Source of the DNA: Lysobacteraceae bacterium
Lineage (GTDB): Bacteria; Pseudomonadota; Gammaproteobacteria; Xanthomonadales; Xanthomonadaceae
Direction: 5' to 3'
DNA: 64,000 nucleotides
Assembly: GCA_024508915.1 (NCBI GenBank)
Contig: JANINR010000005.1
Coordinates: forward strand, 1,169-65,168
The notes beneath the pieces are model-generated. The model saw only the letters and a program-made list of their open reading frames with translations. It was not told where the DNA came from and did not search any database. The position numbers and the translations under genes are program-made. Position 1 is the stretch's first letter, and each line of letters starts with the position of its first letter. Below, piece after piece: positions 17,878 to 27,109 of this stretch.

Positions 17878-19113
17878 ATGCGCGCCACCGATCGACCCGC
17901 CATCCCGCGCGCGGTGTGGATGCTCGGCTTCGTCAGCCTGTTCACCGACATGGGCTCGGAGATCGTGCACAGCCTGCTGCCGGTGCTGCTCGCGACCACG
18001 CTGGGCGCGAGCATGCTCACGATCGGGCTGATCGAGGGCGCCGCCGAGGCGACGGTGTTGTTCACCAAGGTGTTCTCCGGCTGGGCGAGCGATGCGCTCG
18101 GCCGGCGCAAGCCGCTGGTGCTGCTCGGCTACGGGCTGGCGGCGGCGGTGAAGCCGCTGTTCCCGCTCGCCGGGTCGATCGGCGCGGTGGCGACCGCGCG
18201 CCTGCTCGACCGCTTCGGAAAGGGCATCCGCGGCGCGCCGCGCGACGCGCTGGTGGGCGACATCACGCCGGCGGCGGTGCGCGGCGCGGCCTTCGGCCTG
18301 CGCCAGTCGATGGACACGATCGGCGCCGTGCTTGGCCCGCTGCTGGCGGTGGTGCTGATGACCGTGTTCGCGGACGACATCCGCCTGGTGCTGTGGGTCG
18401 CGGTGCTGCCGGGCCTCGTCGCCGTGCTGCTGCTCGCGACCGCGGTGCGGGAACCCGACGACGCGCCGGTGCGGCCCGCGCGCCTGCCGATCACGCGCGA
18501 GGGCCTGGCGCGACTCGGCGCCCCGTTCTGGCGGCTTGCCGCGCTCGGCGGCCTGGTCGCGCTGGCGCGCTTCAGCGAGGCCTTCCTGGTGCTGCGGGCC
18601 ACCGATCGCGGCCTGCCCGTGGCATGGGTGCCGATGGTGCTGGTGGTGATGAGCGTGGTGTACGCGGCGAGCGCCTATCCCGCCGGATGGCTGTCCGACC
18701 GCATGCCGCGCGGGCGGCTGCTCGCGGCGGGCATGCTCGCGCTGGTGCTGGGAGACGCGCTGCTCGCGACGGCGGGCGGCATCGGCGTGGCCTTCGCCGG
18801 CATCGCCGCCTGGGGCCTGCACATGGGCCTGACGCAGGGCATCCTCGCCAGCCTGGTGGTCGACCGGGTACCTGGTGAATATCGCGCGACCGCCTTCGGC
18901 ATGTTCAACCTCGTGTCCGGCGTCGCGTTGCTCGTCGCCAGCGCCGCGGCCGGTGCGCTGTGGGAAGCCGCGGGGCCGCCGGCGGCGTTCTGGGCCGGCG
19001 CGGCGATGGCGGCGGTCGCGGGCGTCGCCGCACTGCGCGCGCGGAACATTCATCGGGCATTGATCCCGGCGCCGGCCGCGCGGCCTAAACTGGAAGGCCC
19101 GCCCGACGCCTAG
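17878..19113 (+). CDS. MFS transporter
   Basis: About 12 TM segments. N-terminal WMLGFVSLFTDMGSEIVHSLLPVLL and GRRKPLVLLGY loop motif. ATG at 17878. Confidence 0.88.
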   Translation: MRATDRPAIPRAVWMLGFVSLFTDMGSEIVHSLLPVLLATTLGASMLTIGLIEGAAEATVLFTKVFSGWASDALGRRKPLVLLGYGLAAAVKPLFPLAGSIGAVATARLLDRFGKGIRGAPRDALVGDITPAAVRGAAFGLRQSMDTIGAVLGPLLAVVLMTVFADDIRLVLWVAVLPGLVAVLLLATAVREPDDAPVRPARLPITREGLARLGAPFWRLAALGGLVALARFSEAFLVLRATDRGLPVAWVPMVLVVMSVVYAASAYPAGWLSDRMPRGRLLAAGMLALVLGDALLATAGGIGVAFAGIAAWGLHMGLTQGILASLVVDRVPGEYRATAFGMFNLVSGVALLVASAAAGALWEAAGPPAAFWAGAAMAAVAGVAALRARNIHRALIPAPAARPKLEGPPDA

Positions 19114-19119
19114 CCGCGC

Positions 19120-20169
19120 ATGCCCAAGCCACGCCTGCCGTCCGCAACCCTGGCGCTCGCCGCCGGGTTGCTCGCGCTCTCCGCCTGCAGCGCGCCTGCG
19201 CCCCCGGCGGTCGCCGAGCCGGCGAAGACCTCGGCCAGCGCGGCGGAGGAGAACGGGGCGATCAGCTCGCCGGCGCCCAAGGTCGTGCCGCCGGCGAAGG
19301 ACCTGCTCAAGGGCAGCGACTGGCCGCCGGCGAAGCTCGAATCGGGCACGGCGACGATCAGCTGCGACACCGACTACGCGACGGCAGGCGACGGCGAACC
19401 GCTTTCCGACCTCGGCTTCTTCACGGTCGCCGACGCAGTGCGCCCGTGCCGCGAAGCGGGCGTGCTGCGGGTGCGCTACAGCGGCAAGATCTCGGCCGAC
19501 TTCGCCGACCTGGTGGAGCGCCTGTCGGCGATGGCCGACCGCATGGAGATCGGCAAGCGCATCCTCGACATCGATTCGGCGGGCGGCCAGGTCGAGGACG
19601 GCATCCGCGCCGGCGACACGATCGGCGACGCGCACTGGACGATCTGGGTCCGCGACGGCTCGCTGTGCCACAGCGCCTGCGTGTTCATCCTCGCGGCGGG
19701 CGACAACCGCATCATCTCGGGCGACGTCGGCATCCATCGCATCATCCGCCTGCATTCGGACGCCACGACGCGCGCCGAGCTCGAGGCGGAGCTGCGCGAC
19801 GTGCACGACAGGATCAAGGAATACTTCGCGCGCAACGGCGTCGACGTCGCCGTGGCCGACATGATGATGACGGTGCCGAGCAGCCAGCTGCGCCTGCTCA
19901 CGGCCGACGAACTGCGCCAGTACGGGCTGTCGGGCAGCAACCCGGTGCAGGACGACCTCGAGCGGATCCGGCTGGCGCGCAAGTGCGGCGAATCCTTCGT
20001 GCACCGGCGCGAGGCCTTCCTGCGCGTGTTCGAATCGAAGTGCGCGACGGGGAAGGGCGACCAGGGCGACGTGGACGACATCGCCGCCTGCGGGCGGAAG
20101 CTGCGCGGCGCCTACGGCTTCCCCGACCGCCGCTGCCCCACGGAGACGCCGCTGGCCGAGTACGACTGA
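19120..20169 (+). CDS. lipoprotein with ClpP/SppA-like (crotonase-fold) domain and Cys-rich C-terminal region
   Basis: Lipobox LLALSAC. IDSAGGQVEDGIRAGDTI...CHSACVFILAAGDNRII..GIHR resembles the ClpP-type Ser/His arrangement. Four C-terminal Cys. Starts 6 nt after the MFS stop. Confidence 0.7.
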   Translation: MPKPRLPSATLALAAGLLALSACSAPAPPAVAEPAKTSASAAEENGAISSPAPKVVPPAKDLLKGSDWPPAKLESGTATISCDTDYATAGDGEPLSDLGFFTVADAVRPCREAGVLRVRYSGKISADFADLVERLSAMADRMEIGKRILDIDSAGGQVEDGIRAGDTIGDAHWTIWVRDGSLCHSACVFILAAGDNRIISGDVGIHRIIRLHSDATTRAELEAELRDVHDRIKEYFARNGVDVAVADMMMTVPSSQLRLLTADELRQYGLSGSNPVQDDLERIRLARKCGESFVHRREAFLRVFESKCATGKGDQGDVDDIAACGRKLRGAYGFPDRRCPTETPLAEYD

Positions 20170-20280
20170 CCCGCGGCGCTCGTCGCGGCGTGCCTGCGAC
20201 GGGCCGGGCGTGACTTCCGGGGGTGTCGTCGCCCCCGCCACGCGCCCCACCATCGGTGGTTCCATTCCCCGGGATCCACC

Positions 20281-22962
20281 ATGCGCCGCCACCTCGTTTC
20301 CGCCATCACGCTGGCGCTCGCCGGCATGGGCGCCACCGCCACCGCCGCCGCGATCGGCGTCCCCGCCCTGGCCGCGCCGCAGGCCGCCGCGCCCGCCGCC
20401 GCGCCCGTCGTCGCCGATGCCACGACCCAGCTGCCGCGCGACGTCGAGCCGCGCCATTACGACATCCAGGTCGTCCCGCACGCCGACCGGCTGGCCTTCG
20501 ACGGCAAGGTCGCGATCGACCTCCAGGTGCTGGAGCCGACCACGACCATCGTGCTGAACCAGATCGACATGACATTCCCGAAGGCCGTGCTGGCGCCCAG
20601 GGGCGGCAAGGCGCTGCCGGCGCCGGCGGTGGCGATCGACAACGACGCGCAGACCGCGACCTTCACGTTCGCGAAGCCGCTGCCCAAGGGCGACTACACG
20701 CTGTCGCTGGACTACACCGGCAAGATCGGCACGCAGGCCAACGGCCTGTTCGCGATCGACTACGACACCGACGCCGGCAAGCAGCGCGCCCTGTACACGC
20801 AGTTCGAGAACTCGGACGCGCGCCGCTTCGTGCCGTCGTGGGACGAGCCCAACCACAAGGCCACCTTCACCCTGGCCGCGACCGTGCCGGCCGCGCAGAT
20901 GGCGGTGAGCAACATGCCGGCCGTGGAGACGAAGGACCTGGGCGACGGCACCAAGCGCGTGCAGTTCGCGCAGTCGCCGAAGATGTCGACCTACCTGCTG
21001 TTCTTCGGCCTCGGCGACTTCGACCGCGCGACCACCATGGCCGACGGCGTCGAGGTCGGCGTCGTCACCCAGAAGGGCAAGGCCGAGCAGTCGCAGTTCG
21101 CGCTCGAATCCGCGGCCGCGGTGCTGAAGGAATACAACGACTACTTCGGCGTGCCGTACCCGCTGCCGAAGCTCGACAACATCGCGTCGCCCGGCAGCAG
21201 CCAGTTCTTCAGCGCCATGGAGAACTGGGGCGCCATCTACACCTTCGAGTACGCGCAGCTGTTCGACCCGCGCATCTCCACCGAGGTCGACAAGGAGCGC
21301 ATCTTCTCGACCGGCGCGCACGAGATCGCGCACCAGTGGTTCGGCGACCTGGTGACGATGGCGTGGTGGGACGACCTGTGGCTCAACGAAGGCTTCGCCT
21401 CGTGGATGGAGAGCCGCACCACGGCCAAGCTGCATCCGGAATGGAACACGGCGCTGTCCGCGGTCGGCGTGCGCGAGTCCGCGATGAACCGCGACGCGAT
21501 CGAGACCACCCACCCGGTGGTGCAGCACGTCGAGACGGTCGAGCAGGCCAGCCAGGCCTTCGACTCCATCACCTATTCCAAGGGCGAGGCGGTGATCCGC
21601 ATGCTCGAGGCCTACGTCGGCGCGGACACCTGGCGCGACGGCGTGCGCAAGTACATCAAGGCGCACGCGTACGGCAACGCGGTCTCCGACAACCTGTGGG
21701 CCGCGATCGACTCGGTCTCGGACAAGCCGATCATGCAGATCGCGCACGACTTCACCCTGCAGCCGGGCATCCCGATGATCCGCGTCGAGTCGGCGCAGTG
21801 CGTGGACGGCAACACCGCGGTGCAGCTGTCGCAGGGCGAGTTCACCCGCGACCGCCCGGGCAAGGCGCCGCTGTCGTGGCACGTGCCGGTGGTCGCCGCG
21901 ACCGTCGGTGGCGCCGCGCCCGCGCGGACCGTCGTCGACGGCAAGGCCACGCTGCAGGTGCCGGGTTGCGGCCCGTTGCTGGTGAACGCCGGCCAGGCCG
22001 GCTACTTCCGCACGCTGTATCCCGAGGCGCAGGTCGCGCAGCTGCGCGGCGGCTTCGGCAAGCTCGCGACCATCGACCAGCTCGGCCTGATGAACGACAT
22101 CTGGGCGCTGGGCATGGCCGGCGAGCAGCCGCTGAGCGACTACCTCGACCTCGCCGCGGCGGTCCCCGCCGATGCGGCGCCTGAGCTGTGGCAGGAAGTC
22201 GCCGGGGCGCTCGGCTCCATCGACTACTACTACCGTGGCGACGACGCCCGCCAGGCGGCGTTCCGCAAGTACGCGCTGGCCACGCTGCAGCCGGTGTTCG
22301 CGCGCCTGGGCTGGGAAGGCAAGGCCGGCGAATCGGAACCGACGAAGCAGCTGCGCACCAGCCTGATCGGCGCGCTCGCCACGCTCGGCGACAAGGCCGT
22401 GGTCGCGGAAGCGCAGCGCCGTTACGCGGCGGGCGGCGACGCGGTGCCGGTGGCGCTGCGCCGCGTGATCCTCGGCATCGTCGCGCGCAACGCCGACGCC
22501 GCCACCTGGGACAAGCTGCACGCCCAGGCGCAGGCCGAGACCACGCCGCTGATCAAGGACCAGCTGTACGGCCTGCTCGCCTCGCCGAAGGATCCGGCGC
22601 TGGCCAAGCGCGCGCTGGAACTGGCGCTCACCGACGAGCCCGGCGCGACCAACAGCGCCGGGATGATCTCGCGCGTCTCCGGCGAACACCCGGACATGGC
22701 GTTCGACTTCGCGGTCGCGCATCGCGAGCAGGTGGACAAGCTGGTCGACTCGACCTCGCGTTCGCGCTACTACCCGGCGATCGGCGGCGGCTCGCGCGAC
22801 CCGAAGATGGTCGACAAGCTCAACGCCTTCGCCGACGCGCACATCGCGAAGAGCTCGCGTCGCGCCACCGACACCGCGATCGCGGGCATCAAGTACCGCC
22901 GCGAAGTGATCGAGAAGCGCCTGCCGCAGGTCACGGCCTGGCTGGCGAAGCGGAAGAAGTGA
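20281..22962 (+). CDS. pepN: M1 family aminopeptidase N, exported
   Basis: Signal peptide; SAMENWG (GAMEN-like); HEIAHQWFGDLVTMAWWDDLWLNEGFASW (HExxH-18-E). Confidence 0.93.
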   Translation: MRRHLVSAITLALAGMGATATAAAIGVPALAAPQAAAPAAAPVVADATTQLPRDVEPRHYDIQVVPHADRLAFDGKVAIDLQVLEPTTTIVLNQIDMTFPKAVLAPRGGKALPAPAVAIDNDAQTATFTFAKPLPKGDYTLSLDYTGKIGTQANGLFAIDYDTDAGKQRALYTQFENSDARRFVPSWDEPNHKATFTLAATVPAAQMAVSNMPAVETKDLGDGTKRVQFAQSPKMSTYLLFFGLGDFDRATTMADGVEVGVVTQKGKAEQSQFALESAAAVLKEYNDYFGVPYPLPKLDNIASPGSSQFFSAMENWGAIYTFEYAQLFDPRISTEVDKERIFSTGAHEIAHQWFGDLVTMAWWDDLWLNEGFASWMESRTTAKLHPEWNTALSAVGVRESAMNRDAIETTHPVVQHVETVEQASQAFDSITYSKGEAVIRMLEAYVGADTWRDGVRKYIKAHAYGNAVSDNLWAAIDSVSDKPIMQIAHDFTLQPGIPMIRVESAQCVDGNTAVQLSQGEFTRDRPGKAPLSWHVPVVAATVGGAAPARTVVDGKATLQVPGCGPLLVNAGQAGYFRTLYPEAQVAQLRGGFGKLATIDQLGLMNDIWALGMAGEQPLSDYLDLAAAVPADAAPELWQEVAGALGSIDYYYRGDDARQAAFRKYALATLQPVFARLGWEGKAGESEPTKQLRTSLIGALATLGDKAVVAEAQRRYAAGGDAVPVALRRVILGIVARNADAATWDKLHAQAQAETTPLIKDQLYGLLASPKDPALAKRALELALTDEPGATNSAGMISRVSGEHPDMAFDFAVAHREQVDKLVDSTSRSRYYPAIGGGSRDPKMVDKLNAFADAHIAKSSRRATDTAIAGIKYRREVIEKRLPQVTAWLAKRKK

Positions 22963-23004
22963 GGCGACCTGCGGCGGCCGTCGCCGCCGCCGTTGCGTGA
23001 CGAA

Positions 23005-23030
23005 GAAGGGCCGGCGATTGCCGGCCCTTC
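23005..23030. terminator. hairpin terminator between convergent pepN and the ECF-associated membrane protein gene
   Basis: GAAGGGCCGGC-gatt-GCCGGCCCTTC: perfect 11-bp stem with a 4-nt loop, followed by CTTTCTT. Confidence 0.6.
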
Positions 23031-23064
23031 CTTTCTTGCGGCGCGTGCGGACGCGCCCGACGGG

Positions 23065-23712
23065 TCAGTCGCGCTCGAAGCGCTCGAGGTCGTCGAACAG
23101 GTGCAGGTTGCGGCGGATCCCGTCGGCGCCGTCGTCGACGCGCGCGAGCAGGGGACCGGGCTTGCCCGCCGTCCGCGCCATCCAGGCCCAGGTGGCGATC
23201 GTGCCCGCCAGGCCGATCGCCAGGCTGATCCAGATCCAGGCCGGCGTCGGGCCGGCGGCGGACGCCGGCGACAGCCCGGCGAACCCGATCACGACCAGCA
23301 CCCACAGGATCCACCACGGCGCACCGCACGCGGCCGAGTTCAGCACCTGCATGCGCAGCAGCAGGCGCAGGCGCTTCTGGATCGCCAGCACGGGGGCGTC
23401 GTAGTCGGCGGTCGTGGCCAGCCCGCAGACGATGCCGGCGAACGCGACGTGCAGCACGCCGAACGCATGCAGAAGCAGGCCCGTCGCGAACAGGCCGGGC
23501 ACTCCGGTGTTCTGCTTCCAGCAGGCGATGCCGAGCACCACCAGGCCGACGCCCAGCAATGCCTGCAACGCCATGCCGACGAGCAGCGGGCGCAGGTTGC
23601 GGCGCGCGCGATCCGTGCGCCGCTCGTGCAGCAGCGCCAGTTGCAGGCGGTCGTGCCGGGCCAGGCGCGCATCGAGTGCCTGCCAGGCGGTCTTGAGGTC
23701 GTCGAGTTCCAT
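23065..23712 (-). CDS. 4-TM membrane protein, candidate non-canonical anti-sigma factor
   Basis: MELDDLKTAWQALDARL... cytoplasmic helix followed by about 4 TM segments. Lies 28 nt downstream of the ECF sigma gene. No HxxxCxxC zinc anti-sigma motif. Confidence 0.7.
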   Translation of the reverse strand: MELDDLKTAWQALDARLARHDRLQLALLHERRTDRARRNLRPLLVGMALQALLGVGLVVLGIACWKQNTGVPGLFATGLLLHAFGVLHVAFAGIVCGLATTADYDAPVLAIQKRLRLLLRMQVLNSAACGAPWWILWVLVVIGFAGLSPASAAGPTPAWIWISLAIGLAGTIATWAWMARTAGKPGPLLARVDDGADGIRRNLHLFDDLERFERD

Positions 23713-23740
23713 GGGTCGTGTCCTGTCCGGAGGGGAGGCG

Positions 23741-24265
23741 TCAGAATTCGTCGCGGATGCGCTGCCGCAGCCGCGAAAGCTTGGTGGAGACGTTGCTCTC
23801 GCTGATGCCCAGCACGTCGGCGATCTCGCGCTGGCTGCGCTCGTCGAGGTAGAGCAGCATCAGCGCGCGGTCGAGCGGCGGCAGCGCGGCGATCACGCGC
23901 TGCAGCATCCGCAGGTGCTGGCTCGCTTCGTGGTCCCCGCCCGGCGAAGCCTCGTGGAGGGCGCCGGCGTGCGCTTCCTCGTCGAGCGGCACGTGGTGGC
24001 GGTCGCGCAGCGTGCGGCCGCGCAGGTGCGAGATCGCGACGTTCAGCGCGATGCGGTACATCCAGGTCGTGACCGGGCGGTCCGGCGCGTACGAAGGCCA
24101 CGCGCGCCACAGTTGCGCCGCGATGTCCTGGGCGAGGTCGGCGCGGTCGTCCGGATCGGCGGCGTAGCTGCCCGCGATCTTGAGCACGATGCCGCGATGG
24201 CGTTCGAGGACGTCGCCGAACGCCTCGCGGGTCGCGTTCGTCGCGTTGGTGGCGGCAAGCTCCAT
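23741..24265 (-). CDS. ECF (sigma-70 family) RNA polymerase sigma factor
   Basis: Region 2 DLAQDIAAQLWRAW...WMYRIALNVAISHLR. Region 4 LYLDERSQREIADVLGISESNVSTKLSRLRQRI. Confidence 0.9.
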   Translation of the reverse strand: MELAATNATNATREAFGDVLERHRGIVLKIAGSYAADPDDRADLAQDIAAQLWRAWPSYAPDRPVTTWMYRIALNVAISHLRGRTLRDRHHVPLDEEAHAGALHEASPGGDHEASQHLRMLQRVIAALPPLDRALMLLYLDERSQREIADVLGISESNVSTKLSRLRQRIRDEF

Positions 24266-24376
24266 GCGGATCCCGTGTCGGGCGCCCGTGCGCCCCCTGC
24301 CATGATGATTCGCACGGCGGCGGAAAACATCACACGCGGGCCGGCGGCGCCCGGCGGGCGCGTGCCGACGGCGCCG

Positions 24377-25045
24377 TCAGCGGGCCAGCGCGGGGAACAG
24401 GCGCTTGAGCTCGACCAGCTTCGGGGCGTCGTTGTAGACGATGTAGGGCTCGTCGGGGTGCAGTCGCAGGTAGTCCTGGTGGTAGGCCTCGGCCGGGTAG
24501 AAGCCGTCGAGCGGCTCGACCTTCGTGGCGATGCGGCGGCCGAACGCCTTCGCGGCGTCGAGCTGGGCGATGTAGGCGGCGGCGACGTCGCGCTGCGCCC
24601 TGCCGGTCGTGAAGATTTCGGAGCGGTACTGCGGGCCGACGTCCGGCGACTGGCGATCCACCTGCGTCGGGTCGTGCCCGACCGAGAAGAACACCTTGAG
24701 CAGCTGCCCGTAGGTGACCTTCGACGGGTCGTACGTCACGCGCACCGATTCCGCATGCCCGGTGCGGCCGGTGCCGACGAGCGCGTAGCGGGCGGTGAGG
24801 CGGCTGCCGCCCGCGTAGCCGGACGTCGCATCGGTGACGCCGCGGACATGCTCGAACACCGCTTCGACGCCCCAGAAACAGCCGCCAGCGAACACCGCGA
24901 CCGCCTTGCCGGGTTTCGCCGCCAGCGGGATGTCGAGCTTCGGGTCGGGGAGGGCGACGGCCTGGCTGCGGGCGCCGGCGAGGTTGCAGGCGGCCAGCAG
25001 CACGCCGGCCACGGCGGCGGCGAGCGCATGGCGGCGCGCGGTCAT
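24377..25045 (-). CDS. msrA: peptide-methionine (S)-S-oxide reductase MsrA with lipoprotein-type signal peptide
   Basis: GCFWGVEAVF active site. N-terminal MTARRHALAAAVAGVLLAAC (lipobox LAAC). ATG overlaps the msrB stop (ATGA). Confidence 0.92.
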   Translation of the reverse strand: MTARRHALAAAVAGVLLAACNLAGARSQAVALPDPKLDIPLAAKPGKAVAVFAGGCFWGVEAVFEHVRGVTDATSGYAGGSRLTARYALVGTGRTGHAESVRVTYDPSKVTYGQLLKVFFSVGHDPTQVDRQSPDVGPQYRSEIFTTGRAQRDVAAAYIAQLDAAKAFGRRIATKVEPLDGFYPAEAYHQDYLRLHPDEPYIVYNDAPKLVELKRLFPALAR

Positions 25046-25635
25046 GCCGCCGCCCCGGCGGCCGGCGCGAAGCGCAGCGCCGCGGAATTCATGCAGTAGC
25101 GCAAGCCCGTCGGGCGCGGGCCGTCGTCGAACACGTGGCCCAGGTGCGCATCGCAACGCGTGCAGGAGACGGCCGTCCGCACCATGCCGAACGAGCGGTC
25201 GCGGCGCTCCACGATGTTTTCCTTCGCGATCGGCTGCCAGAAGCTCGGCCAGCCCGTGCCTGATTCGAACTTGGTGCGCGCGTCGTACAGGGCGGTGTCG
25301 CAGCACAGGCAGCGGAACACGCCCTTGCGGTGCTCGCGCAGCAACGGGCCGGTGAACGCGCGCTCCGTTCCGTCGCGACGCGTCACCTCGTAGGAGAGCG
25401 GGGAGAGCAGTCGCCTCCACTCGGCGTCGGGCTTCGCGACTTTCGCCAGGCGCTCGGTGCGCAGGCGCTTGCCGGCGTCGTCGAACACGGCGATCGCCAC
25501 CTTGGCGTCGGCGGACGCGGCAGGCGCCGGGGCGGCGTCGCTGCGGCGGCTGCAGCCCAGCGCGAAGCCGGCGACCGCGAGCGTGGAGGCCGCGACGAAG
25601 TCCCGGCGGGGCAGCGGATGCGAGAGGGGGGACAT
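25042..25635 (-). CDS. msrB: peptide-methionine (R)-S-oxide reductase MsrB with twin-arginine signal
   Basis: PRRDFVAASTLAVAGFALG Tat-like leader. Zinc Cys motifs (FRCLCC, SCTRCDAHLGHVF). Catalytic RYCMNS. Confidence 0.92.
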   Translation of the reverse strand: MSPLSHPLPRRDFVAASTLAVAGFALGCSRRSDAAPAPAASADAKVAIAVFDDAGKRLRTERLAKVAKPDAEWRRLLSPLSYEVTRRDGTERAFTGPLLREHRKGVFRCLCCDTALYDARTKFESGTGWPSFWQPIAKENIVERRDRSFGMVRTAVSCTRCDAHLGHVFDDGPRPTGLRYCMNSAALRFAPAAGAAA

Positions 25636-25686
25636 GCCGCTTCAGACCGGTCGGCGGGCCCGCGGGTTCCGCGGGCCCGCGAACCC

Positions 25687-26082
25687 TCAGCGGCCGTTCA
25701 CGCTGTAGCGGCCGGGGCCGAGCAGCGCCAGCGCCACCGCGGTCCCCAGGAACATGCCCTGCAGCTCCAGCTGCCAGCCGCCCTGCTCGTTGAGCATGCC
25801 GAGCTGGCCGAGGTGGGCGAGGAAGATCGCGAACAGCATGTTGACTACGACCAGCAGCGCGCCGATCCGGGCGTAGAAGCCGGCGATCAGCATCAGCGGA
25901 CCGAGCACTTCGCCGACCAGGGCGCCGTAGGCCAGCGCGGCCGGCAGGCCGTGGGCGGTGAGCATCTCGCCGATCGGGCCGACGCCGCCGCGGAGCTTGG
26001 CGATGCCGTGCAGCAGCACCAGCACCCCCAGGGTGATGCGCAGGACGAGTTTGCCGAAATCGGCCTGGGTATTCGCGTTCAT
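25687..26082 (-). CDS. DoxX family membrane protein
   Basis: 131 aa with 4 TM segments. FGKLVLRITLGVLVLLHGIAKL is typical of DoxX. SD-like GGGGAAGG upstream. Confidence 0.88.
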   Translation of the reverse strand: MNANTQADFGKLVLRITLGVLVLLHGIAKLRGGVGPIGEMLTAHGLPAALAYGALVGEVLGPLMLIAGFYARIGALLVVVNMLFAIFLAHLGQLGMLNEQGGWQLELQGMFLGTAVALALLGPGRYSVNGR

Positions 26083-26149
26083 GCCTTCCCCTTCGATGAA
26101 CCGGCGGAGCGCCGTGCCGGGAGCATATACCCGCCTGCCGCGGGCGGGG

Positions 26150-27109
26150 CTAGCGGCTGATGTCCTTGGCCTCGCCGGTGGCGAGGACCTCGACGTGCTC
26201 CAGCCGCCGCGGCCGCATGAGCAGCGGATAGGCCAGCACCGCGCCGAGGATGATCGCGACGCCGCCGTAGAAGGTCGGGGTGAGGTCGCGCTGCTCGTCC
26301 AGCAGGAGGATCGCCAGCACGATCGCGTACACCGGCTCGAGGTTGACCGCGAGCTGCGCCGCGAACGCGCTCATGTGCCGCAGCGCCACCAGCGACAGCG
26401 CGAACGGGAACAGGGTGCAGGCCATCGCCAGCGCAAGCAGCAGCCAGGCGTCGCGCGCGCCGGGCAGCACCAGCAGGTCGCCGGCGAGCGCCGGGAACAC
26501 GATCGGCATCAGCGGCGCGAGCGCGACCATCGCGATGGTGCCCGAGCCGAGTTCGAGCGCCGTCATCGTGAGCGGGTCGGCGTGCTCGACCAGGCGCTTG
26601 TTCAAGGAGCCGAACAGCGCCACGAACAACGCGGACACGGTCCCCACCAGGATGCCCAGCCGCATGTCCGCCGGCACCCCGCCGACGACGAGGGCGACGC
26701 CGGGCAGCACGGCGATGCCGAGCGCGACCTCGCGCCAGGAAAACCGGCTGCGCGCGAGGCGCGGCTCGACCAGCGCGGTGAACACCGTCGCAAGGGCCAT
26801 GCAGGTCGCGCCCACCGACGCGTTGGCGAGCTTGATCGAGCCGTAGAAGGTGAGCCAGTGCAGCGACACCAGCACGCCGATGCCCGCGTACGACCAGCGC
26901 AGGCGCGCGGGCATCGCGCGCAGGCCGCGCCACACGCGCGGCACGCAGGCGAGCGCGCCCGTCACCAGCAGCATGCGCCAGAACACCAGGGGCAGCGCCG
27001 GCAGCGTGATGAGCTTGCCGAGGATCGCGGTGAAGCCCCACAGCAGCACGCACGCGTGGATCTGCAGGAAGGCGCGGCGACTGTCGGCGGACGTGGCGGG
27101 GGCGCTCAT
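26150..27109 (-). CDS. DMT/EamA family transporter
   Basis: 10-TM pattern with two EamA-like halves. ATG at 27109 overlaps the LysR stop (ATGA). The rest of the 519-aa track ORF is antisense junk. Confidence 0.85.
   Translation of the reverse strand: MSAPATSADSRRAFLQIHACVLLWGFTAILGKLITLPALPLVFWRMLLVTGALACVPRVWRGLRAMPARLRWSYAGIGVLVSLHWLTFYGSIKLANASVGATCMALATVFTALVEPRLARSRFSWREVALGIAVLPGVALVVGGVPADMRLGILVGTVSALFVALFGSLNKRLVEHADPLTMTALELGSGTIAMVALAPLMPIVFPALAGDLLVLPGARDAWLLLALAMACTLFPFALSLVALRHMSAFAAQLAVNLEPVYAIVLAILLLDEQRDLTPTFYGGVAIILGAVLAYPLLMRPRRLEHVEVLATGEAKDISR

Noticed and set aside
15538-22842. 2434-aa minus-strand ORF, the longest in the track
   Set aside because: Only the last 751 codons (15538-17790) encode a recognisable protein, the S45 acylase with its own signal peptide and ATG. 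The remainder is Arg/Ala/Gly-rich and antisense to the well-supported MFS, lipoprotein and pepN genes. This is the typical stop-poor antisense frame of a high-GC genome.
24347-24361. GC palindrome GCGCCCG-G-CGGGCGC between msrA and the sigma gene as a terminator
   Set aside because: The 1-nt loop is impossible as drawn, the effective stem is only about 5 bp, and there is no adjacent U-run. There is not enough evidence to split the cluster transcriptionally.
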